DNA of 64,000 nucleotides. It comes from Lama guanicoe (Eukaryota). The notes beneath the pieces are model-generated. The model saw only the letters and a program-made list of their open reading frames with translations. It had not been told where the DNA came from and searched no databases. The DNA lies in assembly GCA_013239625.1 (NCBI GenBank), contig MU053934.1, positions 6,218,399 through 6,282,398 of the forward strand, read 5' to 3'. The position numbers and the translations under genes are program-made. Shown here one piece after another: positions 1 to 13,073 of this stretch (position 1 is its first letter; each line of letters begins with the position of its first letter).

Positions 1-3000
1 GCTCTGAGGAGCAAAGTGATGCCCTTGACATGCCCGGAAAGGCCCAGAACAACTCTCACTTGTGTACTTTTAAAACACCCTCCATGGAGGCAAAGGCACA
101 GCTGAAGGCCACTGGGAACGGTGATTCCAGAAGAGACCTAAACAAAACATCCCAGGACGTTGCTCTCTGTTCTAGTTTGAGCTAAAAGCAAAGTATGGAA
201 AGTTCAACAGCTGTTTGTTAGGGCTACCATGCATGAGGGAGGCCCTGCTCTTGGGGGCTTGTGCTCCAGGGAGTGGGACCAACCGGAAATGGGAAACACA
301 CAGATGCAGGAGATCATTTCAGGCACTGCTGTCGTGAAAGGGTCCATGTGTAATGTGACAGCAAGTGAGTGGGGTGGCCCCTCCGGCCAGGGCGGTCGGA
401 GACGGCCTTGCTCAGGGATGGAGGGGAGCACTCAGGGTTGAGAACGCTGGAGGCCCAAGGCCCAGGGTGTTCAGGAGTGTGTGTCTGTGAACAGATGGCT
501 GATGGAGGCCTGGCTCCTCCTAAACCTAAACTAATCCTAATCCTAGACCTAGGCCCAAGGGAAGGGTGCAGGGGAGGCTGGCTGTGGGCCAAGGACTCCC
601 TCACCTCATCACAGAGAGCTCCTCCTGGTGACTTGAGGAGATTCAGGCAGCTGCTGCATGAGGCCCTCACCCACAGGCCCCAGGACAGGCCCCAGGCCCA
701 GGGCAAGGTCAGGAGAGCCCCCCCATCCTCTCATCCACCTTCCTGCCCAGACCTTTGCCCTGGACAAGGCTACGAGGCTGCCAGCGACACACAACATCTC
801 ATTTCAGATAAGGAGCCAGCCTCTTGCCAGGCCCCCTAAACCCTACATGATGTGGCCTCTGCCCTTCGATTCTCTGCCAGCCACATCAGTGACCTCAAGC
901 TTCTTTCCTGCCTCTGGGAGTTCACCCACGCTGTTCTCTCTTTGGAAAACACTCTTCCCTGCTTTTTACAAGGCTGGCTCCTTCCTACCCCTTAGAGTCA
1001 GCTTACAGGGCCCCTTTACAGAGCCTCTGTCTCAGCAGGTGGACTTGGCCCTCCTAGTCTTCATCTTACTCTGCTTGTTTGTTTTCTTCTGAGTTTGTGA
1101 TTATACATTGATTTGTTTGTGCACTTTGTACTATGTCTCTTCCTAGCCAAGACATGAGCTTCGTAAACTCGAGGCACGTATCTGCCTTGTTCACTGCAGT
1201 CTTCCAGCCTGGGCCATCTGGCACGTAGAAAGGAGTCGGTAAATATTTGTCGAATGTACGAGTGAATGAACAAATGATGTGGTCGGAGCTGCAGAAAAAA
1301 TCTTCGCTGGCAGAGGGACAGTCATCGAATTAGAGAAAATGACTGGGAGAGAGCCAGAGAGGAGGGAAGGACCACTCTGATTTCCCGGGAAAAAATCATT
1401 AGTACAGGCTGGAGATGAGTCCCACAGCGGAGGAGACAGGCATTCTGGGAACTGAAGACACCTCAGAGGCAACAACGTAGTGTAGCAGAAAAAACAGGAG
1501 TGTAATGAAGCCAGAACGCCTGCATTTTAATCCCAGCTCCACCAGCTGTGTAATGCTGGGTAAATTTCTTAACCTCTCGGTGCCTAAATTTCAGCATCTG
1601 TCAAGTGGCACCAACAACTTAGGGATGTATACACCTTAAAGGATTATGTGGCTTCAAGGCTGCATTAGCCCAGGACTGGCCCCCACTGGTGGGCTGACCG
1701 TCAGTAACAAAGCGGGAATTATAATTCAGTTGGAATTAATAAGACTAAGGGGCTCCTCGGCCCTGACTCACCTCGTCAGCTTCTCCGAGGCAAGGGAGGC
1801 TTAAGAGGAGATGAGTTTTGAATTCTCAGTTTTCATAAAAATAGCCTCCACGGCGGAGCCCCTGGTTTCCAGCAGATGATTTCTTTGTTACTCAGCTGCT
1901 GGTGGGTGGGTGGGTGGTGCCACAGGCTGCTCGTTTCCTGAATGAACAGCTGTGCCCTCTCGTCTTTGTGGAGAATAATCATAACACTACTTCAAACCTC
2001 AGCCCAGCCTCCTTCATTCAGGGCTGCCTGGCTGCCTGGCAGCCCCGGCACGTGTCTGCCAGCCGGTGGGGAGGGGCCTTGGAGAAGGGGGCTGGATGCG
2101 AAGGGAGGGGTCAGGACCTAGGACCTTGGCCCTTGCCTTGGCCTCGTCCACAGTGGACCACACCCCAGCCTCCTCAGAACTGGCCTTTGAGGCCCTGCCT
2201 CCCCGCCTCCATTCTCATATCCTACCTCACCCTCTCCAGCCACACCAGCCTCCTTCGCATTCCTCTGGTGCCCCTCAGCTCATACCCACCTGAGGGCCTT
2301 CTGACAAACTGTACCCTCTTCCCACAACGTCTTCATTCTAGGTTCTGGTAAAGCTGGCTCCTTCTTGTCACTTCTCATCCTTTTCATCGTCACCACCTGA
2401 GAGAGGTCCTCCCTGGCCACGCCCCCCTGCGGCCCCATCTGTTTGTAATCCACCACCCGCCCAGGCACCGGCAGCCCAAGGCCAAAGCCCTACCAACTCA
2501 GAAGCCTTGGAACTTCAGCCCCAGTCCCGACTCTGGTTCTGACTGGCTGGGCCTGGGCCAGGGGTCCTGTGGACAAAGAGATGGGAGAGGGGACTCCCCA
2601 GGGGAAAGCAGGCAGGCAGTTCCCCACAGAAGGCACAGTGGTGGTGCGCAGGGGAAACTGCAGGTGTGTAACCTGGCCACAGGCCTCCTCCAGAAGGACA
2701 AGTGGGTGAGTGTAAAAACCATGGGTCCAGAGCCCGGGGCCACTGGCGCATCATTCTGTCTCTTCTGAGCCAAGTGACTGGGGGACACCCACCATCCCTC
2801 AAGCCTGGTTCTTCATCCAGGTAAACCTCACGGAGTTGTTATAAGAAGCAGGTGGGATAATGCCTGTCAGAGCACTTTGAAAACTATTATTATCTTTGGA
2901 AGAGATGAAGGTGAAAACAAAGAGGCAGATTTAAAGAGGAGTGCAGGGGGTCCTCTGGGCAGGGACCTCAGACCAAGTGGAATAGAATTAGAACTCCGGC

Positions 3001-4021
3001 CTCAGGTAGCAACAGCTAACAGTATAACCATCTCCCTTGTAGAATCAGAAACCTAGACTGTCTGAGCCTGTTTGTTCTGCGAGGTTCTGGAAGGGCAGGG
3101 ACTTGTGGCGTTGGAGAGCCCAGTTCAACTGCCCCTCTAACCAGCTAAGTCACTCCTTCTGTCCGAGCCTCTCTTTGCTCACCAGCAATGTCAGGATATT
3201 GATGATAGACTATTGGATTGTCGTGAGCTTGAAATGAGGGCAAAGCAGATTGCCTGACAGGTGGGACACCCTCAATGCCTCTTACTAGCTATTTTTATTA
3301 GTTATTTGTATTTTTCTTGATTCATTCCCTTAAAACTTCCCCCTTCTTTTTATTTTAATAAGGCTTCTTTCAAAACTGCCAGCCTGCCTCAGTAGTACTA
3401 AAGATACATCAGGGACAGACTTTCTTCTTTCCAAGCTGAGGCTGAGATAAAGGGACAGAAGAGGGAAGAGGAACCCATTTGTGGGGGCCTCCTCCAGCCA
3501 GGCCAGGGCTTCTATACAGGAGCCTGTGACAGCCCTCTCAGAAAGGGCCGCCTTCCCTACTTTAGGGAAGGTTGTGGAGGACCAGAGTCATTAAGAGACT
3601 TGTCCAAGGTCACACAGCTTGGAAGGGCCAGGGCTGAGATTCACACCCAGGACTTCTCTGATGTGGAAAGCAGGGCTCTCCCCAGGAGGGGCAGCTGTCC
3701 AGCCTGGAGAGCCTCCCAGGCTGTGGTGCGTACGTGTGTGAAGCAACATTTCGCTCCCTTAGGGCCCTCTTCGATTCTGTAGAAATATCTCAAGGGCCTA
3801 CTGTGGGCCAGACAGAGAAAGAGAAGAGTTTCTGTGACTTGCCCACATTCGTCCACTCGCAAGGATCTCAGAGCCAAGTGAGGGACAGACTGATGAAGGA
3901 CAGGGGACACTCTGAGCATACAGAGGGGAGAGGAAGGTCTGAGAATCCCTGGGACCCTGCTGTGGCCTCCCTTCCCCCATGCTCACCCCCCACCCCACAG
4001 GCCTCCAGCAGGCATGCGTGG

Positions 4022-4063
<42 letters not shown>

Positions 4064-4383
4064 GCACGCACACACGCACACACTCACCACCACTTGCTCA
4101 CCACCACTTGCTCTCTATTTGCCAGGAATGCAGGCCGTCCCCAGCGCTTCCTCCCCTGCATTCCTCAGGAGCTACTCCCACCTGGCAGGCAAATTACACC
4201 CTGGCCTGGCAATAAAAGCCACTTTTCAGAAAAAGAAGCTTTAGGGCCCCGAGAGACGCAGCTAACTCTCTCACACTGCTTGTGCCTGACTCAGAAGGTG
4301 GTGTCTGGGCCAGAGGAGCCAGGGCCCTGTGTCCCTTTAAGCAGGGAGTACAAATTCCCATCCCAGTCCCTCCCTCCTGCTTT

Positions 4384-4397
4384 TCCTGACGTCAGGA
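4384..4397. promoter_or_regulatory. Full CRE palindrome TGACGTCA inside the 14-bp palindrome TCCTGACGTCAGGA (copy 1)
   Basis: Motif read directly from the sequence, upstream of the putative CSDC2 exon 1. Confidence 0.55.
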
Positions 4398-4444
4398 GGA
4401 AGGCGTGTGTGAGTGAGTGAGGGGCCTGAGGTGCCTGCCGCATG

Positions 4445-4485
<41 letters not shown>

Positions 4486-4805
4486 GCACGCACACACGCA
4501 CACACTCACCACCACTTGCTCACCACCACTTGCTCTCTATTTGCCAGGAATGCAGGCCGTCCCCAGCGCTTCCTCCCCTGCATTCCTCAGGAGCTACTCC
4601 CACCTGGCAGGCAAATTACACCCTGGCCTGGCAATAAAAGCCACTTTTCAGAAAAAGAAGCTTTAGGGCCCCGAGAGACGCAGCTAACTCTCTCACACTG
4701 CTTGTGCCTGACTCAGAAGGTGGTGTCTGGGCCAGAGGAGCCAGGGCCCTGTGTCCCTTTAAGCAGGGAGTACAAATTCCCATCCCAGTCCCTCCCTCCT
4801 GCTTT

Positions 4806-4819
4806 TCCTGACGTCAGGA
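4806..4819. promoter_or_regulatory. Full CRE palindrome TGACGTCA (copy 2), about 110 bp upstream of the putative CSDC2 exon 1
   Basis: Motif read directly from the sequence. Confidence 0.6.
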
Positions 4820-4866
4820 GGAAGGCGTGTGTGAGTGAGTGAGGGGCCTGAGGTGCCTGCCGCATG

Positions 4867-4905
<39 letters not shown>

Positions 4906-4924
4906 ACATACACGGAGTCACACA

Positions 4925-5020
4925 CACAGCCCATCCCCTGCTCATCGCTCCAAGTGCCAGTGAGAAGCAGAGTGCTGAACCAGCTGCGAGGCAGCGCCGG
5001 ACCTCAACTGCCAGGGAGAG
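4925..5020 (+). other. CSDC2: Probable non-coding exon 1 of CSDC2 (start approximate)
   Basis: Ends in a strong donor GAG|gtaagg at 5020/5021. It lies just downstream of a CRE and (CA)n tracts. CSDC2 has a non-coding first exon about 8-10 kb upstream of the ATG exon. This assignment is an inference. Confidence 0.6.
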
Positions 5021-7022
5021 GTAAGGGGCTAGGTGATGGGGGCCAAGGGCACAGCGGCTCTGGAAACAGGCTTTGGAGGGGGCGAAGGAGGGAAGTGCAA
5101 CGTCGGGGCACTGGGAAGGTGGGCACCTCCCCTAGGGCTGGCCCAGCCCAGTTCAGCTTACAGGAGAGGCAGGGGGATATGTAGATGCCACCACCTGGCC
5201 ATCCCACCCTCCTTGCCCCCCTCTCCTGGCCCCCAAGGGAAGCGGAAGCTCTGCGACTCCCTGTGCGAGAGCGTCTGTGTGTGTGTCTGAGTGTGTGTGT
5301 CTGGGACTTGTGTCTGGCTCAAGAGGCAGCAGACATCTGCCAAGCCGCAGCCTCCTGTCTGGGAACCAAGGGGAGAGAAATGACTGGAGAAATAATTGTG
5401 CTCCTACCAGACGCTGAAAGGCGAGTGTAGCAGGGAGCAAAAGAAGTCTTTCCGCCTGGAATTCAGGGCTGGGGCTGGGGCTGGGGAGGGACCATCTAGG
5501 GCAGGCAGACAGTTGGACCCGAAGCAGCTGTCTCATCCTGACTGTTTCTTCCCCGGTGTGATGGGGATAATTGTAGTAATTGGCTTGGAGGGGTGGCTCC
5601 ATGTTATTTTCCCCTTCGCCTTGGAGCCACCCAGACCCCGAGCTCTTGCTTCTCCCGAGGCCACTCCTCTCTCTTGCCCGCTGGTCTGGCTATGACCTCC
5701 ACCCTTGCCAGGGTGCAGCCCCTGGAGGGCAGGGGTGATAACACAGGGGCTGTTGGGCCCCCTGCTGTGGGGTGCGGGACTGGGGCAGCTTTGGCTAGGG
5801 CCAAGTCCCTGAGGGCCTGACCCTCAAGGAGACCAGGCGGAGATGAGGGGCGATGCTGGCACCCACAAGGGAGACAGCAGGTTCCTGCCAAGCTGCCAGC
5901 CTGCAGGCTCTTCCCAGGGAGAGGGGAGAGGGACCAGAGCGAGAACAATAATAAATACAGTGTGAACTGCTGCATCCGCTGGGGCTGGGGGAGGGGAGGA
6001 GGACGTGTACCCGGGTGGGGGGTGGGCAATCTCTCTGAGAACCTGGCACCATGCCCGCCTGGATGTGCTCCAGTGGAAGCCTCAGCCTGGGAAGGGCCTG
6101 TCTCTAGCCCCCTGGTGATGGGGAGCCAGTTTCCCAAAACTGACTATCCAGGGGCCTCTGGGTCCTTCAAATTCTGGATGTTTTCTCCTCCCAACCTCCC
6201 CCCACCACCCCATCTCCCCCCCCCATTCCCTGGAAATCTTTTCCAGAAACACCTATGTCCCATATCTGCCCCGCCCCTCTGGATCTGTCTGACCCTTCTT
6301 CAAAAAAAAAGACAGGTGTGAACAGGAACCAGCACACAGGGGCCTTGGAGAGGCCAGAGGACAATCTTGGCCATAGAGGTTTCTCCCAGGCTTGGAGATA
6401 GATGGGTGGGTAGTGTTCACAGAAGCCCACTGGCCATGAAGGGGTGTCCCTAGGGGGCACTGGGGGGTCCCACACAGCTGGCTGGGAGGGGACACCCGCA
6501 GGCTGGTCTGGAGGCAAGTCCCCCGAGAGTGGCACCAGCAGAGGGCGCTCAGGGCTTGGCTGAGCTGGTCACGTCCACTGGTCACAACCAGCAGGGCCAG
6601 GACCCAGAGCCTGGTGGGAAGAGGGCTTGGGGCAATTTGGACTTTTGTCCGTGAAGAGTGTTAAGATGAGAGGCAAAAAGCAGTCAGGATGCAGAAAGCA
6701 GTGCCCCAAAGCCAGTGAAATGATGGTCACCAGGATGAGTGGTGTATCACATGGAAAGCTCAGGGGCTATGGGGTCACACTGATTTGAGTTCGAGCTCAG
6801 CCACTCTAAACGTGACTTTGGCTGGTCCATTCCCCTTTCTAGGGGGACTCAGAGTGGGAAGCAACTTGCTTAGGGTCACATAGCCCGGGCTCTCATGGTG
6901 CCCATCCTGGCATCCCTACCCCCACTTCCCAAAGAAGCCCCCAGAGCATCTTGGGCACATGACATGGAGGAGAGTTAAAGGGTCTCAGTTAAGCTCAAGT
7001 ATTGGCTTGGGCAGCCCCCACC

Positions 7023-7075
<53 letters not shown>
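7023..7075. repeat. (CA)n microsatellite
   Basis: Read directly from the sequence. Confidence 0.95.
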
Positions 7076-7079
<4 letters not shown>

Positions 7080-10000
7080 TGGGAGGGGAAAGAACCAGGT
7101 TTAATTAGGTCACCTCCAGCTGCAGGAGCAGCTTCTGCACTGATGTATTTTAAGGAATGTCTGGGAGGCTGGGGGAGGGGGAAGGGCGCAGGAAGTGCCA
7201 GCTTCTGTCTGGTGGTCCTGAGAACCCTTTCCCTCCTCGAGCCCTCATGGACGAGACCCCAAAGTTCAGAAAGCCCTTCTACCGTCATCCTGTGTTCCCT
7301 GTCCTCCCCGTTTCTGAGTCACCATGCCCATTCCTCCCTCACTCTGCTCCCCCACAATGGGGGCTTGGGCTGGCATGTTTTTATTGAGGGAGTTGTTTTT
7401 GAACTTGCCTTAGTTGGCAAGTGACTCACCCAAGGTCATGGTCTGAGTCAGCACAAAGCCAGAAATAGAAACCCAAGCCCTCTCTTCCTTCTCCAGGGGA
7501 GGTGAGAGATTTCAGGGATCTGCTAGTCCTCTCTCCCCGCCTCCTGCCCCAGGCCTTTCTGTAACCCACCAAAAACATCTCCAGGGTGTAGAAGAGATGC
7601 CCCTGACCCGCTGCATGATCCCAGCAAGGCTCTTTACTTCTCTGGGCCTCAGTTTTCTCTTCTGAAGAATGGGGGTAATAACAGTGATTATCATGCGGGG
7701 TTGTTGTGAGGACTAAATGAGGAAATGGGGCAAAGGGCTTGGCACACCACTTAGCACGTGGTTCACGATCAATAGATGGTGGCCATGCTCTTGCCGTATC
7801 CAGACAAACTGCCCTGTGTTCTACTCGTCTGTCTGTTTCTCCTGCTGGACCGGGGCCCTCTAAGGGCAGGACTCTATCCTCTCGTATTTGTTGTCCCAGT
7901 GCCTGGAAATCACATACAGGTGTGTGTGTGTTTTTGACGACCTCAGAGGAGAGCTGGAGTGACCCTCATTGGTCATCTGGACCAGTGATGATTTGCATAG
8001 CTGAGGAGAAAAGTGAGGACCAGAGAGGTCACATAGCACTGGGTGGTTGGTCCAGCTTGCTTTCCCTGATCTGCCCAGAAGGAGGGAGGACCATTTGCAT
8101 GGTCAAGAGAGGACTCTGACAGCCATCTCCTGCCCAGTTCTTTCTGGAGGAGCCGACAGTTGGAGGGGCCCCAACACCAGGTCATCTGCTGACAGGGCTG
8201 AATCACTATCCATAGCCCCATGACGCTGTATCACCGAACAGCCCTCTTGTCTTGTTTTTACTGCCCCACCCCCCATCAGGTCTTTTTGTCTGAAGAATTG
8301 CTGGGGTTTGGTGTGCATCACAGGGTGATGATAATCTTGACTGGGAGAGTCAGAACCAAAATACTCGCAGGTGGACCATTGACCCAAACTCCCCATCTCC
8401 TCCCATAACCTAGACAGGGTGCTACAGCCTTATTTGACAGATGTGGAAACTGGGGCTCAGAAAGGGAGGGTCTCTCAGCCAGGACACTGTAGAGCCAGGA
8501 TTCAACCTGAGCCACATGGGTGCCGAGCTGTACTCTTACCCTCCAACTGCTAGTTTGGAAAGGTGTTATTCCAGGCCGCAGATGTCTCCAGATGGGCACA
8601 CTGAATCCCTTGGGGGCTGGGCTTTAGCTCTGTTTGAGTTGAAACAAATGTTCTACAAACACATCTGTTTCTCTGCTCTTGGAGGAGTTAATTTTCCCCT
8701 TTAGTTTCTCAGGGAAAGTTCTTTCAGGAAAACTCCAGCCTCATCTTGGCTGAACCAGGAACAGAATTTATCCTCATAAGCACTGGTTGCCTTCAGAAGA
8801 ATCTGACCTCTGTCATCTACCTGCTGTGTGACCTTGGGCAAATCACTTAACGTCTCTGAACTTCAACTTCCTCTTTTGTAAAATGTAAACAATTGTAATT
8901 TCACCCTTTCAGGGAGATTTAAAAATGGAAAGTAATTTCTGTAAAGACTTTACAATGTGGATAACATTCAAACAATGAAAGCTCTGTCTTCACGTGCCCC
9001 TTTCTGCAGCAATACTCTGGAGAAAGGGTCTAAAGCAGAGGTTTCCTCTGCATCCCCTTGTTCCTTTCTCCCTGGTCTCCCAGGCTGTCCCACATTGTGC
9101 AGCTCCTTCAAATCCAGGTCTCTGGCAGGGCCCAGAGAGCGCAAGACTGTCCAAGGTCACACAGCAAGTCAGGAGCAATGCAGAACCTGAACCCAGGACT
9201 CCTGACTTCCCACTCCAAGGCTCCAGAGTCAGATTGCCCTGGTACAAGTCCTGGCTCAGATGTTAATTGCTGTGTGGCCTTGAGTTACAGCCTTTCTGAG
9301 CCTCAGTTTCCTCGTCTGCAAAATAGGGTACTAATAGCACCAGCCTTAAAGGGCTATTGCAGGAATTTGATGAAAGGAGAGGCTATGAGGGGCAGGGTAG
9401 GGAGCTAGTGGGCAGGACAGTCCTTGGGGAAGCAAGGAAGATGAGAGGAAAGGTGGGTCTCTCGGGTCTCTCCTTCCACTCACGCCCTCTTTCCCCATGC
9501 CCAACTTAGCAGCCCCGTCTGTCCAGGAGGGGCAACTTCTCACCCAGCACCTACCCAGTGCTTCCCACATTCCATCCCAGTCCATCCTCACTGAAGCGCT
9601 CACCCCCATTTTCCAGAAGAGGAGGGAGATGAGGGGAGATCCCAGAGCAGCACTCAGGGCACCGTGGGGGCTGCAGGCTGGGGGTGGGTGTAGACAGGGC
9701 GCTGGAGGGGAGAAGGCCATTCTTGCTGTTATCCTGTCCCCTTCCTCTTCCTCTCTGCCACCTGGTCCATTTGGGGGAGGGGAAGAGAGGAGCTGCCCTC
9801 AATCCTAACCCTAGGTAATCAGTGCCTCTCTCCCCTTCCCCACCGCTTGCTTGCTTTGCATGAGGCCTAGGAGCCACGCTCAGCCTTGGGTCTGGAGGCC
9901 TGGCCGGGGAGCAGGGCTGCTCAGCTGCATCTCCCTGGTAACCACTGTGGGCTGCCTCTGCCCCTCCCCCATCTCCCTCCCTCCCCTTCCCCCACGACCT

Positions 10001-10239
10001 CCCAGCACTGGCTGTCACCACCAAGCACAATACCAGGCCTGGGAAAACTGTACAGTGGGCAGGCCAGGACTGCCCTGCTTCCTGGAGGAAGGAAGGCCAG
10101 CCGAGCGTCTGTCCCCACCACCTGCCGCCCACACCCAGATGGGGCAGGGGGCACCCAGGAGTGCGCTGCAGGGTCTGCATCGCCCCGCCGTCCTGGCTGG
10201 GTCGTCTTGGGGAGCTCTGCTGCCAGTCTTCCTTTCTCG

Positions 10240-10720
10240 TAACAGCTTTATTGAAAAATAATTCCCTCGCCATGTAATTCTCCTGCTTAAGTTTAAGTTA
10301 TTGGTTGTTAGTATATTCACAAAGTCGTGCAATATCAGTCGTCAATTTTAGGACATTTTCACCACCCTGAAAAGAAACCCTGTACCCATTAGAAGTCACT
10401 CCTCATTTTCCCTCCCCCTCTGCAACCCCTGGAACCACTCATCTACCTTCCATCTCTGTGGCTTTGCCTCTTCTGGACATTTCACATGAATGGAATCATG
10501 TAATATGTGGTCTTTTGTGACTGGCCTCTTTCACTCAGCATTATGATTCAAGGTTCAGCTGTGCTGTAGCAGGTTTCAGTGTTCATTTCTTTTTATGACT
10601 AAATAATATTCACATTTTGTTCATCCATTTATCTGTTGATAGACCTTTGGCTTGTTTCCATTTGGGGGCTATTATAAATAATGCTGCCGTGGACATTTAT
10701 GTGCGAGTTTTTGTGTGACT
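10240..10720 (-). mobile_element. Old L1M 3'-end fragment in CSDC2 intron 1
   Basis: Typical antisense L1 3' UTR text: acagctttattgaaa..., ttctggacatttcacatgaatggaatcatgtaatatgtggtcttttgtgactggc. Confidence 0.75.
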
Positions 10721-12254
10721 GCTTTTCCTCTTGAAGCTTCAGTCTTCTTTCCTCTAAAATGGGATAAAAATGCTAAACCTGCCAGCCCCTACCTCGAGTG
10801 GGCTCAGAGGGAAAAACTCCACATCAGGGAAGGGGGCTGTCAGGGGCCGTGAGGGGCAGTTCTCACCCCCTGCAGTGCTACTGGCTGGAGGAGGGCATGT
10901 TGGGGGCCAGCGGAGGAGAGAGGCTTCATCTCCACCTCTAGGGTTAGCAGAGCCAGCTCATCACCTTGACCCAGAAAAGTTCTTGCTGTGTGACCTTGAG
11001 CCGGGGCCAGAGGACCTGCTCCAATGATGGAGGGTTGCACCCCTCGGCTCTTCCAGCCCTGCTGTAGTGTGTTTTGGGGCCCCCTGGGCTCTGGAGTCCT
11101 AAGGGGCGAATTCTTCCCTGGAAACTACAGTCTGGGGGTGGGGAGAGGGCAAGACGGAGGCCAGAAATAGACTTGGCTTGGGGATTCACCTGTGGCCCCA
11201 GGGCATCTGGGTGAGGGGTGGGGGAGCGAAGGAACGGCAGTGAGGAGGTGGAGAACTGCCACCCCCCCCCACCCCTATATGAGCACAGACCACGGGCGCT
11301 CCTTATATTCTCCCCTTAGCCAAGCCTCACACAGCCTGTGAGGGAGTGAGGCAGGGCTTATCAGCTCCATTATCACAGATGAGGAAACTGAGGCTGGTGG
11401 ACATGCCACCCAAGTCAGCAGCTAATATGCAGCGGAACTGGAACTCTCCTGGTCCAGGCATCCTGCGTGGCCCCCACTGTGGCAGACTGCCCGCCCCAGG
11501 CTCAGTCAACAGCTTGGCATCTTTTGGGGTTTAAGACTTCCCAAACCCTGGGAGGGGAGGTGGGTGAGTGCATGGGGTGGGAAACTACATTCGCTTTTCT
11601 CTGCAGGGAAAAATATAGGATCAGTTTTTTCAAGGTCATCCAGGCACTGAGCTGCAGATGTGAGAATTTCTATTGATTTGTATTGATAATAGCAATTTAT
11701 TGGGTATCTATGAGATGCCAGAATCTGTCAGACACACTAAACCATTGAATCCTCGGTAACCTTGCATGGTAAGCACTTTCAGCCTCATTTTAGAAAGGAG
11801 GAGACTGGGGTTAGGGAACAATTGCCAACGTTCCCAAGAGCTCACCATGCTCTGCTCCTGTTCTAAGCATGTGGAAAATCACTGAACCCTCACAGCAACC
11901 TCTCTGTGAAATAAGAACCAACACTGTCCTCATTTTATAGAGCAGGAAACTCAGTCAAAGGCTATAAGTGCTGACCAAGGCCACGTAGCTGGTAGGTAGA
12001 GGAGCCAGGATTCAAACCCAGGCCACGTGAGTCCGGAGCCCACACTCTCACCACCACGTTGGAAGTGTTGAGTGGCTTGCTTGAGGTCACCAAATTACAG
12101 GTGACAAAGCTGAGATTTGAACCCAGGTCTGTGGATTTGAAGCTGCTAGCGGTTGTGCCAAACTGTCTTCCAGACCATCACTGGCCACTTAACCCATCCC
12201 ACCTCCTAGGCCTCCAAGTTAAAGAACTGCACCTCAAGCTGGAAGGACTTTGAA

Positions 12255-12612
12255 GTTAGCCTTAGACAGCTTGGACCACCATAACAAAATGCCACAGATG
12301 GGGGTTTAAACAAGACAGACATTTACTTCTTACAGTTCTGAGGCTAGATGTCCAAGATCAACGTGCCAGCATAGTCTGGTTCAGTTGTAGGCAGCCCCTT
12401 CCAGCTGTGCCCTCACAGGGCAGGGAGAGAGGCGGCAAGCTCTCCAGGGTCTCCCCTTCTAAGGGCACCAATCCCATCATGGGGGCCCCACCCTGCTGAC
12501 CTCATCTAAACCTAGTTACCTCCCAAGGGTCCCATCTCCAAATACCATCACACTGAGCGTTAGAACTTCAACATATGACTTTAAGGGGAACACAGTTCAG
12601 CCCACAGAAAGG
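12255..12612. mobile_element. MLT1-type MaLR LTR
   Basis: ccataacaaaatgccacaga...acagttctgaggctagatgtccaagatcaa...acctcatctaaacctagttacctcccaagg...ttcaacatatga. Confidence 0.75.
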
Positions 12613-12897
12613 TTGTGTGGCTTTTTGTCTTTTTGGTGAGGACATTGAGTCAAGCAGGGGCTGTGAGTGATCTGAAGCCACCCTGTAAGGAGTAGCAGGC
12701 AGCCCCAGCCCTTCAGCCTCGTGTCCAGAAGCCGCCCATCCTGGACCACACTCAGCTGTACCTCTCTTTCCTCCTTGCAGACGGAGCCTGTGGCTGGTGA
12801 GGCCGCCGAGCGGGGCCAGGCCGGGCCCTGCCCGCAAGGACGCCCTTCACCGGCCTCTGTGCCCAGGAGCCCATCAGGCTCTCCTGCTGGCCCTGCC

Positions 12898-13073
12898 ATG
12901 ACTTCGGAGCCCACACCGTCCCCGGTCGTGCCACCGCTGCACTCCCCCAAGTCCCCTGTCTGGCCCACCTTCCCCTTCCACCGGGAGGGCAGCAGGGTCT
13001 GGGAGCGGGGCGGTGTCTCATCTAGGGACCTGCCCAGTCCCCTGCCCACCAAACGGACCAGGACATATTCAGC
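12898..13073 (+). CDS. CSDC2: CSDC2 coding exon 1 (exon 2; the exon starts at 12781)
   Basis: Acceptor ctccttgcag ends at 12780; ATG in context GCCATGA at 12898; donor gtgagt at 13074. Confidence 0.95.

Larger units (their letters stand above)
4025..4868. repeat. 422-bp tandem duplication (4025-4446 / 4447-4868) bounded by (CA)n tracts
   Basis: The two copies appear identical at offset 422, and the ORF-track peptides from both copies are identical. Confidence 0.92.

Noticed and set aside
1835..3300. MEF2-like A/T-rich motifs upstream of CSDC2
   Set aside because: They are imperfect matches to a short motif and cannot be supported without conservation data.
1..3900. Possible POLR3H exons, expected upstream by synteny
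   Set aside because: I recognised no POLR3H-like coding exon or CpG island; the region looks like intergenic DNA with MIR/L2 fragments.
3734..5184. Long His/Thr- and Val/Cys-rich ORFs (up to 228 aa)
   Set aside because: They are translations of (CA)n/(TG)n tracts and the 422-bp duplication, with no protein family signal.
9551..10273. 240-aa minus-strand ORF
   Set aside because: It is GC-rich intronic sequence with low-complexity composition and no recognisable homology.
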